Part shown: piece by piece, positions 31,701 through 39,671 of the stretch
Layout of the letters: each line of letters begins with the position of its first letter
Numbering within the stretch: position 1 is the first letter of the stretch
NCBI GenBank assembly: GCA_028870995.1
Contig: JAGWOI010000011.1
Coordinates: 5,373-69,372, forward strand
Length of the DNA: 64,000 nt
Source of the DNA: Candidatus Omnitrophota bacterium
Lineage (GTDB): Bacteria; Omnitrophota; Gorgyraeia; Zapsychrales; Fredricksoniimonadaceae
Direction of reading: 5' to 3'
Position numbers and translations under genes: made by a program
Notes under the pieces: model-generated
Told to the model about the DNA's origin: nothing
Database searches by the model: none
The model's input: the letters and a program-made list of their open reading frames with translations, nothing else

Positions 31701-32533
31701 TTTTGTTTGAACCAAAAAGCCAGGATCATGGAATTATAAATCTGGCGCATCCGGGCAAAATTTTTACCGGTATTAACTTCCTTTTCAATGGCCGGAAGAA
31801 TGACCTGGCGCACGACCTGGGCGCCGAGATTATTGACATTGGCGGAATCACCTACGGGCGCATGTTTGCTTAAAGCCAGGTAGTCTTCGTCCAGCATGAC
31901 CTTCAAATGGCTTTTGACCACAAAAACGGTGTTGCCGTGACTGTAAACCTTGGCCGTATCCGGCAAAATCCACACCTTATTAAAAGTGTTCACGGGGATC
32001 TGGGTCGTGCCGTACATCCGCGCGGCCTTGGCATAAACCGCGTCCCAAAAATCCTTGCCCAGATCCCTTCCCGGATAGATCAAGGAAGCGGTCAACTGTT
32101 TCAATAAATAATCCTGCGCCAGCATGTCACGACCCAATACTGTCTGCCCTAAATCTTTGGGAATAATATGCTGATTCTCATAAGGGGAAAGGTTGACCCA
32201 TTGATTGTCTTCCGGGATGGTCAGGCAGGCCAAAAAATATTTGATCAGCCGGTTCGATTCTTTTTTAACCTGCTGGGCATTTAAACCGCTGTTGCCGGTG
32301 CTGACGATGAAATCCATCAATAAAGGATTTTCAGGGTGGATGGTCAAACCGGTCAACATCAGGGGCACATAAGCTGGAGATAAATTCACCATCGTTCCCG
32401 GTTGAGGCAGGCCAAGTACGCCCCCTTGCGCGCGTGCTTGGGGCATAACACCAAAGCTGACGATCAGGGCCGCAATAAGACATGAGCTGATGAAACGCGA
32501 ATTCCAGGTTTGGCGGATGGAAGAAAAAATCAT
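28769..32533 (-). CDS. 1254-aa secreted modular protein: N-terminal domain + UDP-sugar pyrophosphorylase (USP-type) cargo + GGIDLN C-terminal domain
   Basis: Signal peptide (..PQARA|QG); N-domain ends RKYFSGG; USP motifs AGGAGDRLGYNGPK, PRGHGDIH, FYQDTN, NIEYN, GNIN, NPK, RAENNMQD, LKN, beta-helix tail; GGIDLN at 28928-28945. Confidence 0.85.
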   Translation of the reverse strand: MIFSSIRQTWNSRFISSCLIAALIVSFGVMPQARAQGGVLGLPQPGTMVNLSPAYVPLMLTGLTIHPENPLLMDFIVSTGNSGLNAQQVKKESNRLIKYFLACLTIPEDNQWVNLSPYENQHIIPKDLGQTVLGRDMLAQDYLLKQLTASLIYPGRDLGKDFWDAVYAKAARMYGTTQIPVNTFNKVWILPDTAKVYSHGNTVFVVKSHLKVMLDEDYLALSKHAPVGDSANVNNLGAQVVRQVILPAIEKEVNTGKNFARMRQIYNSMILAFWFKQNLKHALLNQVYTDKSKVNGVNVSDPAIQEKIYNQYVQAYKRGVFNFIKEETDPATEQTVPRKYFSGGLTPVRDLAMATPAEAKAAFEAVPGRYYTIKGLTEEAGSGPNAAMLAELRAKGVPEAALQNIEAGVLSSAENLATIKLLVDIGEQDLMRDLDAPGINDDKKKSFLDQVSRKNKELQGGLAGYKGLVRNLLKNAKDVDPTDGYTPQVPQGKVFDGINQDYLDYTQRGVGYLNQLVLVKVAGGAGDRLGYNGPKVGIPVDLITGEPFLQKDAEEILAKQKAYLKMTGRPVEIPFIIMTSDKTHDATIKMLEEHHSYGLRGYSVVDSTQEVDPQARLGQIILIRQNMVPLVKDMNASLSKEGQYKLGENPRGHGDIHEMLYRSGLVKYFQARGKAQLLFYQDTNVETWNAILPLLANAVERGDDMNLVGVKRKPGEATGILMTLTGNPLTLEDLDKVSGGLSGVLMGLLQQKGYVGPDHRVLVDTIDYVHNNIPGFESMADKISEVLKEVKARQGKVITRNIEYNFINKRPKLKAIESQYAGNINVFTMKIDSWLAAVEKTKGQVPFLLNPKTKPGSEELAKPMRAENNMQDAAVWFDGSKVGVTSFEPRFVFAALKNDYPESYKRLKDGAFLESPFAVEGMYYQNNRRIAAQMGGVTFPGAGIQGIERTIPFEIEVKKGNETVKEDVQFPWFDGAKFVYTPGWAPTILDVRDKLSGGVWSSKAVVRIEGDNIYLKNVDVDGTLIIKAGKGVEIHIDGLKVQNPGWSLDNLWKDVSGAKRVIAEGRVPQYLIQRGFQLVKHSPGLLIDIQKPGRYMIDAQGEVARDGSIVGQLTETGITIPQDSAMAHNVVEEEAQITMGDSLLRAINSANDSQLKGVIRMISNSGLPERELEKLNRAVKIRQGVLHKPVLAEAEPGGIDLNSRNLNLESVGSKVNITFDPAMIAQFRRGNFSGVEIQILNVLPVNLKAILALD

Positions 32534-32589
32534 TTAATCTCCTGCGCTAAATTGAGGTTAGCAAACGCTTCCTAGAAGGATTTAACGAA

Positions 32590-32617
32590 AGCTTAACATA
32601 TGACCAATGATTGTCAA
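32590..32617 (-). promoter_or_regulatory. Putative promoter of the 1254-aa gene
   Basis: TTGACA-N16-TAAGCT with TG extended -10. Confidence 0.5.
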
Positions 32618-32644
32618 GTTTACAACCTATTGGTATTTAACAGA

Positions 32645-33382
32645 TTATAGATAAGAAAGGAAATAAATACCCTTAAAGACAAGGTCTTCATCAATGATGC
32701 GGATCTTAGGCGAGACAAACTTTTTCATGAGCTGGGTGTGGCCGCCGGTCATGACCACCTTGGGCTTAGCCTTAAGCTGGCGGCTGATAAGATCAATAAA
32801 CCCGCGGCACAAAGAACCGTAACCATAGAAAAGGCCGCTCAACATACTTTCCTGGGTCGTCTTCCCTATAATATGGCGCGGAGCCGAAAATTCAATATGA
32901 GGCAAAAGTGCGGTTTTCAAAAACAGGGATTCGGCGGACAAACGGAGGCCCGGCACAATGGCACCGCCTAAATATTCACCCTTGGTTGAAATCACATCAA
33001 AGGTAATGGCCGTGCCCAGATCCACGATGATCAAAGGCTTGCCGTAAATCTGCATGGCGGCGAAGGCACCGACCAGACGGTCCTGCCCTACCTGCCTGGG
33101 ATTTTTATACCGGTTCTTGACGGGCACGATGATATCACGGCCGATGACAGCCACCGGCAGCCGTTTTCTTAAAATATTCTCAAGAATCCTGGCCGCGCGG
33201 GGGACGACCGAACAGACCACCGCCCTGTTGACCGGGTAGGCCTTTAAGACCTTGTTGACCACGCCCATAATCTCGACGGTCTTTGCATTGGTGTCAAGAA
33301 CAACGGAAGACTCAATTTTGCCTGTTTTACGGATGACCGCAAAACCGATGGTGGTATTGCCAATATCAACGGCTAGTAACAT
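32645..33382 (-). CDS. coaX: Type III pantothenate kinase
   Basis: DIGNT, GQDR, DLGTAITFD, GGAIVPG. Confidence 0.95.
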   Translation of the reverse strand: MLLAVDIGNTTIGFAVIRKTGKIESSVVLDTNAKTVEIMGVVNKVLKAYPVNRAVVCSVVPRAARILENILRKRLPVAVIGRDIIVPVKNRYKNPRQVGQDRLVGAFAAMQIYGKPLIIVDLGTAITFDVISTKGEYLGGAIVPGLRLSAESLFLKTALLPHIEFSAPRHIIGKTTQESMLSGLFYGYGSLCRGFIDLISRQLKAKPKVVMTGGHTQLMKKFVSPKIRIIDEDLVFKGIYFLSYL

Positions 33383-35339
33383 TCTTTAATTCCTTGATCT
33401 TGTCCCTGATCCTGGCGGCTTTTTCGAATTCCAAATTACGCGCCGCTGCCTCCATTTGCCGCTCCAGGTCGCTTAAGTAGGTGGCAAACTCGAATTCCTC
33501 TTCATCCTGGCCGCTGGACTCCATGACCAACTCCTCCGCTTCGGCATATTGCTCGATCCCGGCACTGATAGCCTTGGCAATGGTCGTGGGCGTGATGCCG
33601 TACCTGGCGTTAAAATCCATTTGGATCTTCCGCCGGCGCTCGCATTCGGCAATGGCGGATTTCATGCCCGCGGACACGGTGTCCGCGTACATGACCACGA
33701 TCCCATGGATATTGCGTGCCGCCCGGCCGGCGGTCTGGATCAATGACGTATGCGAACGCAGGAAACCCTGTTTATCCGCGTCAAATATAGCAACTAAGGT
33801 CACTTCGGGCAAGTCCAATCCTTCGCGCAGCAGGTTGACGCCGATCAAGCAGTCAAACTTCTTTTGCCGCAGGTCCTGTAAAATCTTGGTGCGGTCAATG
33901 GTCTCGATGTCGGAATGCAGGTATTTGACATTCAATCCGGCGTCTTCACAGTAAGCGCAAAGGTCTTCGGCCATCCGTTTGGTCAGGGTCGTGACCAGCA
34001 CCCGCTCATTCTTGGCCGCACGCTGGCGGCACTCGCTGATAAGATCTTCCACCTGGCCTTCGGTGGAACGCACAAAGATGGGCGGATCGATGATCCCCGT
34101 CGGACGGACGATCTGCTCCACCACATGATTGCCGGAATCCTTGCGTTCATAGGGGCCGGGGGTCGCGGAAACATAGATGCGCTGCTTAAGGAGTTTTTCC
34201 ACTTCAGGAAATTTCAACGGGCGGTTGTCCAGGCAGGACGGCAGCCTGAAGCCGTGCGCCACCAGCATCTCCTTGCGGGCACGGTCGCCCTCGTACATGC
34301 CGCCCAGCTGCGGGATGGTGACATGGCTCTCGTCGATGATGGTGATAAAATCATCCGGAAAGTAGTCCATCAGGCAGAACGGCCGGTTGCCCGGCGGCCT
34401 GCCGGAAAGGACCCTGGAGTAATTCTCGATGCCCTTGCACATGCCGATCTCTTTGAGCATTTCCATATCGTAACGGGTGCGGGACCTGAGGCGCTGGGCT
34501 TCCACCAATTTCCCCTGGGATTCAAGCTCTCCCAACCTCAGCCTTAATTCCTCCTCGATTTCGGTGAGGGCCTGCTCCAGCCGCGGCGGGGAAATCAGGA
34601 AGTGCTTGGCCGGATAGACAAAGGTTTTTTCCAACAGGGCGATGGTTTCTCCGGAAACAGGGTCTATTTGTTTGATCTTTTCAATTTCGTCGTCGAAAAA
34701 CTCGATCCTGACGGCATCCTGGCGGTAGGCCGGCTGCACTTCCACAATGTCCCCCCGCACGCGGATCTTGCCGCGGGTGAATTCATAATCATCGCGCTCA
34801 TACTGGATTGCAATAAGCTGGGAAAGCACCTCATCCCGGTCCTTTTTCTGTCCTACTTTCAAGCCCACCATCTGGTTCTGGTAATCTTCGGGGGAACCGA
34901 GGTTATAAATGCATGAAACGCTCGCCACAATGATGGTGTCCCGGCGGGACATCAAAGAGGTGGTGGCGGCCAGACGCAGCCGGTCAAGCCGGTCGTTGAT
35001 GGAAGAATCCTTTTCGATATAAATATCGGTCTGGGGGATATAGGCCTCAGGCTGGTAATAATCGTAATAACTGACAAAATACTCGACGGCATTGTTGGGA
35101 AAAAATTCTTTGAGCTCGCCGTAAAGCTGGGCAGCCAGCGTCTTGTTGTGGGAAATGACTAAAGCCGGGCGGTTGAGCTTGGCGATGACATTGGCAATGG
35201 TAAAGGTCTTGCCGCTGCCGGTAACACCCAGCAGGGTTTGGGCAGGCACACCCCGGTCAAGGCCGATGGCGAGTGCTTCAATGGCTTTACGCTGTTCTTC
35301 AACAGGCTTAAAAGGGCTCTTAAGGGTGAACTGTTCCAT
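33366..35339 (-). CDS. uvrB: Excinuclease ABC subunit B
   Basis: GVTGSGKT, YYDYYQPEAY, DESH, NLLREGLDLPEV. Confidence 0.98.
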   Translation of the reverse strand: MEQFTLKSPFKPVEEQRKAIEALAIGLDRGVPAQTLLGVTGSGKTFTIANVIAKLNRPALVISHNKTLAAQLYGELKEFFPNNAVEYFVSYYDYYQPEAYIPQTDIYIEKDSSINDRLDRLRLAATTSLMSRRDTIIVASVSCIYNLGSPEDYQNQMVGLKVGQKKDRDEVLSQLIAIQYERDDYEFTRGKIRVRGDIVEVQPAYRQDAVRIEFFDDEIEKIKQIDPVSGETIALLEKTFVYPAKHFLISPPRLEQALTEIEEELRLRLGELESQGKLVEAQRLRSRTRYDMEMLKEIGMCKGIENYSRVLSGRPPGNRPFCLMDYFPDDFITIIDESHVTIPQLGGMYEGDRARKEMLVAHGFRLPSCLDNRPLKFPEVEKLLKQRIYVSATPGPYERKDSGNHVVEQIVRPTGIIDPPIFVRSTEGQVEDLISECRQRAAKNERVLVTTLTKRMAEDLCAYCEDAGLNVKYLHSDIETIDRTKILQDLRQKKFDCLIGVNLLREGLDLPEVTLVAIFDADKQGFLRSHTSLIQTAGRAARNIHGIVVMYADTVSAGMKSAIAECERRRKIQMDFNARYGITPTTIAKAISAGIEQYAEAEELVMESSGQDEEEFEFATYLSDLERQMEAAARNLEFEKAARIRDKIKELKNVTSR

Positions 35340-35349
35340 GTCCGATCAA

Positions 35350-36000
35350 TCATTTGGTTGCTTCTTTTTCAATGGCATCCAGCATGCCCTCTACCATTCT
35401 ATCACTGCGCGTGAAAATAAACTGCCTGATAAAGGTGACCCTGGACTCATATCGGATCTCCACCTCACTGGCATCACCCAGGGAATGGACCAAAATGTTC
35501 AAATGCGCCAGGGTGCCGTACAGACCCCAATAGTGCCTTTTGATCGCGGTCATGATCAACAGGTTCTGGTAGCCGTTATGCTCATAACGCTCGTTGCGCT
35601 CATAAACGGAAGGCAGGGACTCTTCGGCGACGCTCCATCCCTTGTTCCTTAATACATAGACAACGGCACCGGTCACCTTCTGGTAGTTTTCCTGGATTTT
35701 ACGGTCATAGGGATGATTTGCCGTGCCGATATATTCGGATAGGGGCGCAGCAGCGCAGCCAGACAAGGCCAACAGACACAAGATTAAGCTTAGATTAACA
35801 GGAACTCGACATAGGCCTTTAAAAGTCGTTTTTGAATACCGCTGGAGCCCCGCCCGTCTACATCGCCGATTCTGCCACACAGCCCAAAGGGCGTTGTGTG
35901 GCTGAAATATTAGAAAAGACGGGCGGACAAAGGCGACCGCGGTTGAGAAAATGACTTTTAAGGGCATATGTCGGGCTGTTGAATTAACAAATCTTTCCAT
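35350..36000 (-). CDS. Lipoprotein whose signal peptide is interrupted by an in-frame 63-codon palindromic insertion
   Basis: Removing 189 bp gives MERFVNLSLILCLLALSGC (lipobox LSGC); frame stays open through the insert. Confidence 0.75.
   Translation of the reverse strand: MERFVNSTARHMPLKVIFSTAVAFVRPSFLIFQPHNALWAVWQNRRCRRAGLQRYSKTTFKGLCRVPVNLSLILCLLALSGCAAAPLSEYIGTANHPYDRKIQENYQKVTGAVVYVLRNKGWSVAEESLPSVYERNERYEHNGYQNLLIMTAIKRHYWGLYGTLAHLNILVHSLGDASEVEIRYESRVTFIRQFIFTRSDRMVEGMLDAIEKEATK
35794..35989. mobile_element. MITE/RPE-like palindromic insertion with 7-bp target-site duplication
   Basis: ATTAACA direct repeats at 35794-35800 and 35983-35989; long rod-like inverted repeat 35797-35980. 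Confidence 0.75.
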
Positions 36001-36295
36001 GTTTGTACGGGCGTAATTTATTCTTCTCCGATTTCTTGACGATCTCCGCCTGGATATCGATGCCCAACCCCCCGCACAAGTCAAACAGGCGGATAAAGGT
36101 GTCAGCCAATTCTTCACGGAAATTATCATGATCCTGGTGCCTGTAGCCTTCCATAGCCTCAGCCAGTTCGGTGACGATGAGCATCAAGGCTTCGCCGATA
36201 TTGCGCTTTTCATCCCAAAAACCTTTTTCCTTGGCGATACTGTGGCAAAGCTCACACCATTGTTTAAGGCTTAAGTTTTCGTAATTCAGGCTCAT
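35984..36295 (-). CDS. MazG-like NTP pyrophosphohydrolase
   Basis: ELAEAME...EELADTFIRLFD, KNKLRPYKHGK. Confidence 0.85.
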   Translation of the reverse strand: MSLNYENLSLKQWCELCHSIAKEKGFWDEKRNIGEALMLIVTELAEAMEGYRHQDHDNFREELADTFIRLFDLCGGLGIDIQAEIVKKSEKNKLRPYKHGKIC

Positions 36296-36304
36296 GCGTT
36301 CTCC

Positions 36305-36961
36305 TTACTTGTTATGTTTCTCTAAGAAATCCTCCATATCCTGGGCCAGGGGCGCTTCAACGGCGATTCTGCCTTTGCCTTCCATCTTAGGCCACTCCAG
36401 GCGCATGGCGTGCAGCGCTGTACGCCGGAAGCGCAGCTCGAAATCGCGCCTGAAGGCATATTTGTCTTCCCCCACAAGGGGATGGCCGATCTTGGCAAAA
36501 TGAATGCGGATCTGGTTGGTCCTTCCCGTGACCGGCATCACCTTGACCACCGTGAAGTTTTTATAATAATCCTGGACTTCATAGTACGTCAAGGCGGATT
36601 GTGCGGGCAAATGACGGGCGAATTTGCGCTGGAAAAAATCCTTGATGGGAATTTCGATCTTCCCCTTAGGCGATTTCAAATGCCCGTGCACAAAGGCGAC
36701 GTACGCCTTATGCACCTGCCTGGCTTTGAAAGCCTGCATTAACCGCTCTTGGCATTCCCTGCCCTTGGCGAAAAGGATCACGCCGGAGGTGTCGCGGTCG
36801 ATCCGGTGGGCGGGATAAAGATGCTCCTGTTTGCCCCGCCCTTCATTGACGATGGACTCCAGGGTATGGCGTTCATTTTTTTCGGAGGGCACCACCAGCA
36901 ATCCTGGAGGTTTATTAAAGACCAGGCAATGCCCGTCTTCGTAAAGGACGGGTATGTTCAA
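36305..36961 (-). CDS. RluA-family pseudouridine synthase
   Basis: NKPPGL, HRIDRDTSG, TGRTNQIRIH; TTG start overlaps the upstream stop. Confidence 0.92.
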   Translation of the reverse strand: MNIPVLYEDGHCLVFNKPPGLLVVPSEKNERHTLESIVNEGRGKQEHLYPAHRIDRDTSGVILFAKGRECQERLMQAFKARQVHKAYVAFVHGHLKSPKGKIEIPIKDFFQRKFARHLPAQSALTYYEVQDYYKNFTVVKVMPVTGRTNQIRIHFAKIGHPLVGEDKYAFRRDFELRFRRTALHAMRLEWPKMEGKGRIAVEAPLAQDMEDFLEKHNK

Positions 36962-37110
36962 TGGTCTTTGTCCAAATGCTCGTGCAGCAAATCAGTCAGA
37001 TAATTGATCTTGCGGATCAAAATGATGGGGAATACGATCATCCACGCCTGAAAGGCCAAGGCCAAAAATGCCTGGAAGGGGGTTACGGACAAATTAATTG
37101 AGTTTTCCAT
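36958..37110 (-). CDS. 50-aa single-TM protein (not in ORF track)
   Basis: MENSINLSVTPFQAFLALAFQAWMIVFPIILIRKINYLTDLLHEHLDKDH; fills the gap and overlaps both neighbours. Confidence 0.7.
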   Translation of the reverse strand: MENSINLSVTPFQAFLALAFQAWMIVFPIILIRKINYLTDLLHEHLDKDH

Positions 37111-37531
37111 AATTTTTCTCCAACTGGCTCTCTATAAACTCATTGATGGCCTGACTGTCCTTGGGAGCTATGTCGCTGAAGAAAATGGCCGTGTTGTAAT
37201 ACTCACCGTCATTGGCCGCCTGCACGCGGACGATGACGCCCTGGCAGCTGACTTTTTTGGTCACCATCTTATCATTTCTTTTAAAAGGCAAAAGCAGGTG
37301 GATCTTAAGCTTGGTCATCACTTCAAGCCGCTGCTCGACGCGGCAAAAAGCGCCGGAACAGCTTAAGTTCCAGGTTTCCGTAAGCACATCCCCATGGTCA
37401 CTGGAAATCTTGATGGGGATCTTGCTCTCTAGTCGAGGATGACGGCGCTTTTCCCGGGAAAAATGCGGCGGCACGGACTCCCCCTTCTTAAGCCTGAGGC
37501 TTGTCTTCAGATGCTTTTTCAGCGGCGGCAT
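37094..37531 (-). CDS. PilZ-domain protein (start uncertain)
   Basis: RRHPR (RxxxR) and NLSCSG motifs. Confidence 0.85.
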   Translation of the reverse strand: MPPLKKHLKTSLRLKKGESVPPHFSREKRRHPRLESKIPIKISSDHGDVLTETWNLSCSGAFCRVEQRLEVMTKLKIHLLLPFKRNDKMVTKKVSCQGVIVRVQAANDGEYYNTAIFFSDIAPKDSQAINEFIESQLEKNYGKLN

Positions 37532-37685
37532 CCTTCTTGGAGGCCTGGGCCTTTTTGAAACAATTATTATTGCAATAATAGGCGCCGTTGCGATAAAAAC
37601 GCCGTGCTCTTTTTAGCGGTTTTTTACAAGCAGGACAGTTCTTGACTTCTTCGACAACCGGGGCTTGTACGGCAGCTTCAGCCAT
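37488..37685 (-). CDS. Small Cys-rich zinc-finger-like protein
   Basis: CPAC...YCNNNC; SD AAGGAG upstream. Confidence 0.75.
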   Translation of the reverse strand: MAEAAVQAPVVEEVKNCPACKKPLKRARRFYRNGAYYCNNNCFKKAQASKKDAAAEKASEDKPQA

Positions 37686-37705
37686 AACTCACTTTACTCC
37701 TTATC

Positions 37706-38044
37706 TTATTTAACGTGTTGTTGTAAGCCGGCATAGATCATTGCGCCGATAGCTCTTATACTCTCGTCATCCCTGATAAACTTAAGGCCCGCTTCATAGC
37801 AATCTTCGGAAACCTGGCGTATCCGGACAACCTTGGCCTTGACCCAAATGACCTTGGGCGATTCCAGCGAACGGATCTGCAGTTCCAGGACGGTCCCTAC
37901 AGGCACAAAGCCCTGGACCTTCAAAGAAATGCCGCTTAAACTGATGTTGCGCGCGACACTGCCGTTTACTGAAACCTCGGGAAGCCCAAAGGACACGGCT
38001 TCCGAGAACAAAAATCGCTGGGACGTACGTTTATCACCATCCAT
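37706..38044 (-). CDS. PilZ-domain protein
   Basis: RTSQR and NISLSG motifs. Confidence 0.85.
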   Translation of the reverse strand: MDGDKRTSQRFLFSEAVSFGLPEVSVNGSVARNISLSGISLKVQGFVPVGTVLELQIRSLESPKVIWVKAKVVRIRQVSEDCYEAGLKFIRDDESIRAIGAMIYAGLQQHVK

Positions 38045-38103
38045 AAGGATTTCAGGCCTTTAATGCCCACCAGTATAGCATATTCAAAAAGGGATACAAC
38101 AGG

Positions 38104-38139
38104 AAAAAAGGACGGGCGGCAATCTTGCGACTGCCGCCC
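38104..38139 (-). terminator. Intrinsic terminator
   Basis: GGGCGGCA/TGCCGCCC stem, then T6 on the minus strand. Confidence 0.75.
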
Positions 38140-38181
38140 TGTGGATTGCCGTCCCGCCCCATTTCGGAACGGCGAGGGAGA

Positions 38182-38853
38182 TCACTTTTTCAACAGACGA
38201 TTCAAATAATGGGACGCGTGATCTTTACCGCCTAAACCGAAGGCCAAGCCCAAACCAAGGCTCAAGCCCCCTACCAGCATGGTCAGCGGGGCGCCGGTCA
38301 ACAAGAAACCAAAACCGATCTTGTTGACAAATACACCGACCGCCATCAACACCACCGCCCATCTGGTAAAAGACGCCAACAGGTCCGGCCTGGGCATGCC
38401 TGTATTGGCCGCGATCAGGCGGACAAACAAGCCTACGATATGGGCAAAAAACATGCCTACCATCAAGGTAACGACACCTACCAGCACTGAAGGCACATAG
38501 GCCATGACAGGGCCGGTGATCGGACCGATGATGGTAACGCCCGCATAGGTCAATGCTATGACGAGCGCCGTAATCGTAACGCCCCAGGTCACGACCGTAC
38601 CTATAAGGTCGCTGACCGGACGTTTGATCCCTCCCACTTCCAGGGTGTGCGCCAGACCAATTTCATGGCTAACCTTGTCAACATGGATGTGCTTTAAGAT
38701 AGCAGCAACCAGTTTGCCTGCTTCCCGGGCCACCAATCCGCCCACAACGAGCGCAGCCAACACCCCTAACACGGTAGGGACAAAACTTGATATGATGCTG
38801 AACACCGTACGCAGAGGATCCAGAATGAATGTAATGGTATTCATACGGACCAT
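38182..38853 (-). CDS. Conserved TM-helix protein (CmpX/MscS-associated family)
   Basis: Two repeats of 'FVP.VL..', ends LGLAFGLGGKD. Confidence 0.8.
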   Translation of the reverse strand: MVRMNTITFILDPLRTVFSIISSFVPTVLGVLAALVVGGLVAREAGKLVAAILKHIHVDKVSHEIGLAHTLEVGGIKRPVSDLIGTVVTWGVTITALVIALTYAGVTIIGPITGPVMAYVPSVLVGVVTLMVGMFFAHIVGLFVRLIAANTGMPRPDLLASFTRWAVVLMAVGVFVNKIGFGFLLTGAPLTMLVGGLSLGLGLAFGLGGKDHASHYLNRLLKK

Positions 38854-38982
38854 CCTTTCCGTCCCGATACTAGGGACTCACAACCCAAGGGTACGAGGCC
38901 CCTTTAGGCTGCTACCTCAAGAATAACACTTGGTGATGCCAAAACAAGGCCTGGCGGCCGTTTGCAGGAAAACGCTTGCCAT

Positions 38983-39018
38983 AAAAAATCCCCGTCGACA
39001 AAGTCGAACGGGGATTTT
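38983..39018 (-). terminator. Intrinsic terminator after the yceI-like gene
   Basis: AAAATCCCCGT...ACGGGGATTTT hairpin. Confidence 0.75.
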
Positions 39019-39070
39019 GCTTTCATCAGAGCCGTAAATTATTTCTTTCCAATAATTTGACTCAACGGCT

Positions 39071-39643
39071 TTATTTCTTGTCCGCCTCAATGCTTATGTT
39101 AATGGCAATATCGTTGGAGACGGCCACACCGCCCTGGTCAAGGGTTTTGTTCCAACTGATGCCCCAATCCTGGCGGTTGATGGTGGTTGAGCCGGTAATA
39201 CCGATGGCCTGACGGCCCATTTCGTTGATCGGACCGGAAATGGTCACCGGGATGGTGATCTTTTTGGTAACACCCTTCATGGTCAGATCACCGGTAATGT
39301 AGCCTGGCGTGAATTTGTCGGCCGCAAAGGTGATGGCGGGGTATTTGGCCGCATCAAAGAAATGCGGGCCTCTTAAATCAGCGTCCCGCATGGCCACCCG
39401 GGTGTTGATGCTGGAGACATCAATAGTCACTTCGGCTTTGGAAGCTGCCAAATCCTTAGGATCATAGGTGATGGTGCCGCTGAACTTATCAAATTCTCCC
39501 GGCACCTGGCTTATCATCATGTGTTTGGCTGTAAATGTAAAAGACGTATGGTTAGGATCGATGACATAGGTGTCCGCGGCAAAAGCCATTGAAGCGGCTG
39601 ATACCATGACCAACAATCCTATTGCGGCAAAACGTTGATGCAT
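39071..39643 (-). CDS. YceI-family periplasmic protein
   Basis: Signal peptide; YVIDPNHTS, RDADLR, GDLTMKGVTK, INRQDWGI. Confidence 0.93.
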   Translation of the reverse strand: MHQRFAAIGLLVMVSAASMAFAADTYVIDPNHTSFTFTAKHMMISQVPGEFDKFSGTITYDPKDLAASKAEVTIDVSSINTRVAMRDADLRGPHFFDAAKYPAITFAADKFTPGYITGDLTMKGVTKKITIPVTISGPINEMGRQAIGITGSTTINRQDWGISWNKTLDQGGVAVSNDIAINISIEADKK

Positions 39644-39671
39644 ACCCCCTCCTTGTTTATGATTAATAAAC

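Noticed and set aside
35797-35980. 6S RNA or SRP RNA
   Set aside because: The length and rod shape fit 6S, but the internal bubble sits near the terminal loop, the element has a TSD and it interrupts a signal peptide. No SRP GGAA/AGCAG motif. Not fully excluded without cmscan.
36001-36129. 5' extension of the 259-aa ORF in the track
   Set aside because: It overlaps the MazG-like gene in another frame; ATG 36000 gives a coherent signal peptide.
37070-37090. Apparent frameshift in the small membrane ORF
   Set aside because: Recounting the G-run (five G) keeps the 50-aa ORF in frame.
38854-38980. Possible riboswitch or sigma54 promoter upstream of the TM-helix gene
   Set aside because: No recognisable aptamer consensus, and the GG-N10-GC spacing is not met.
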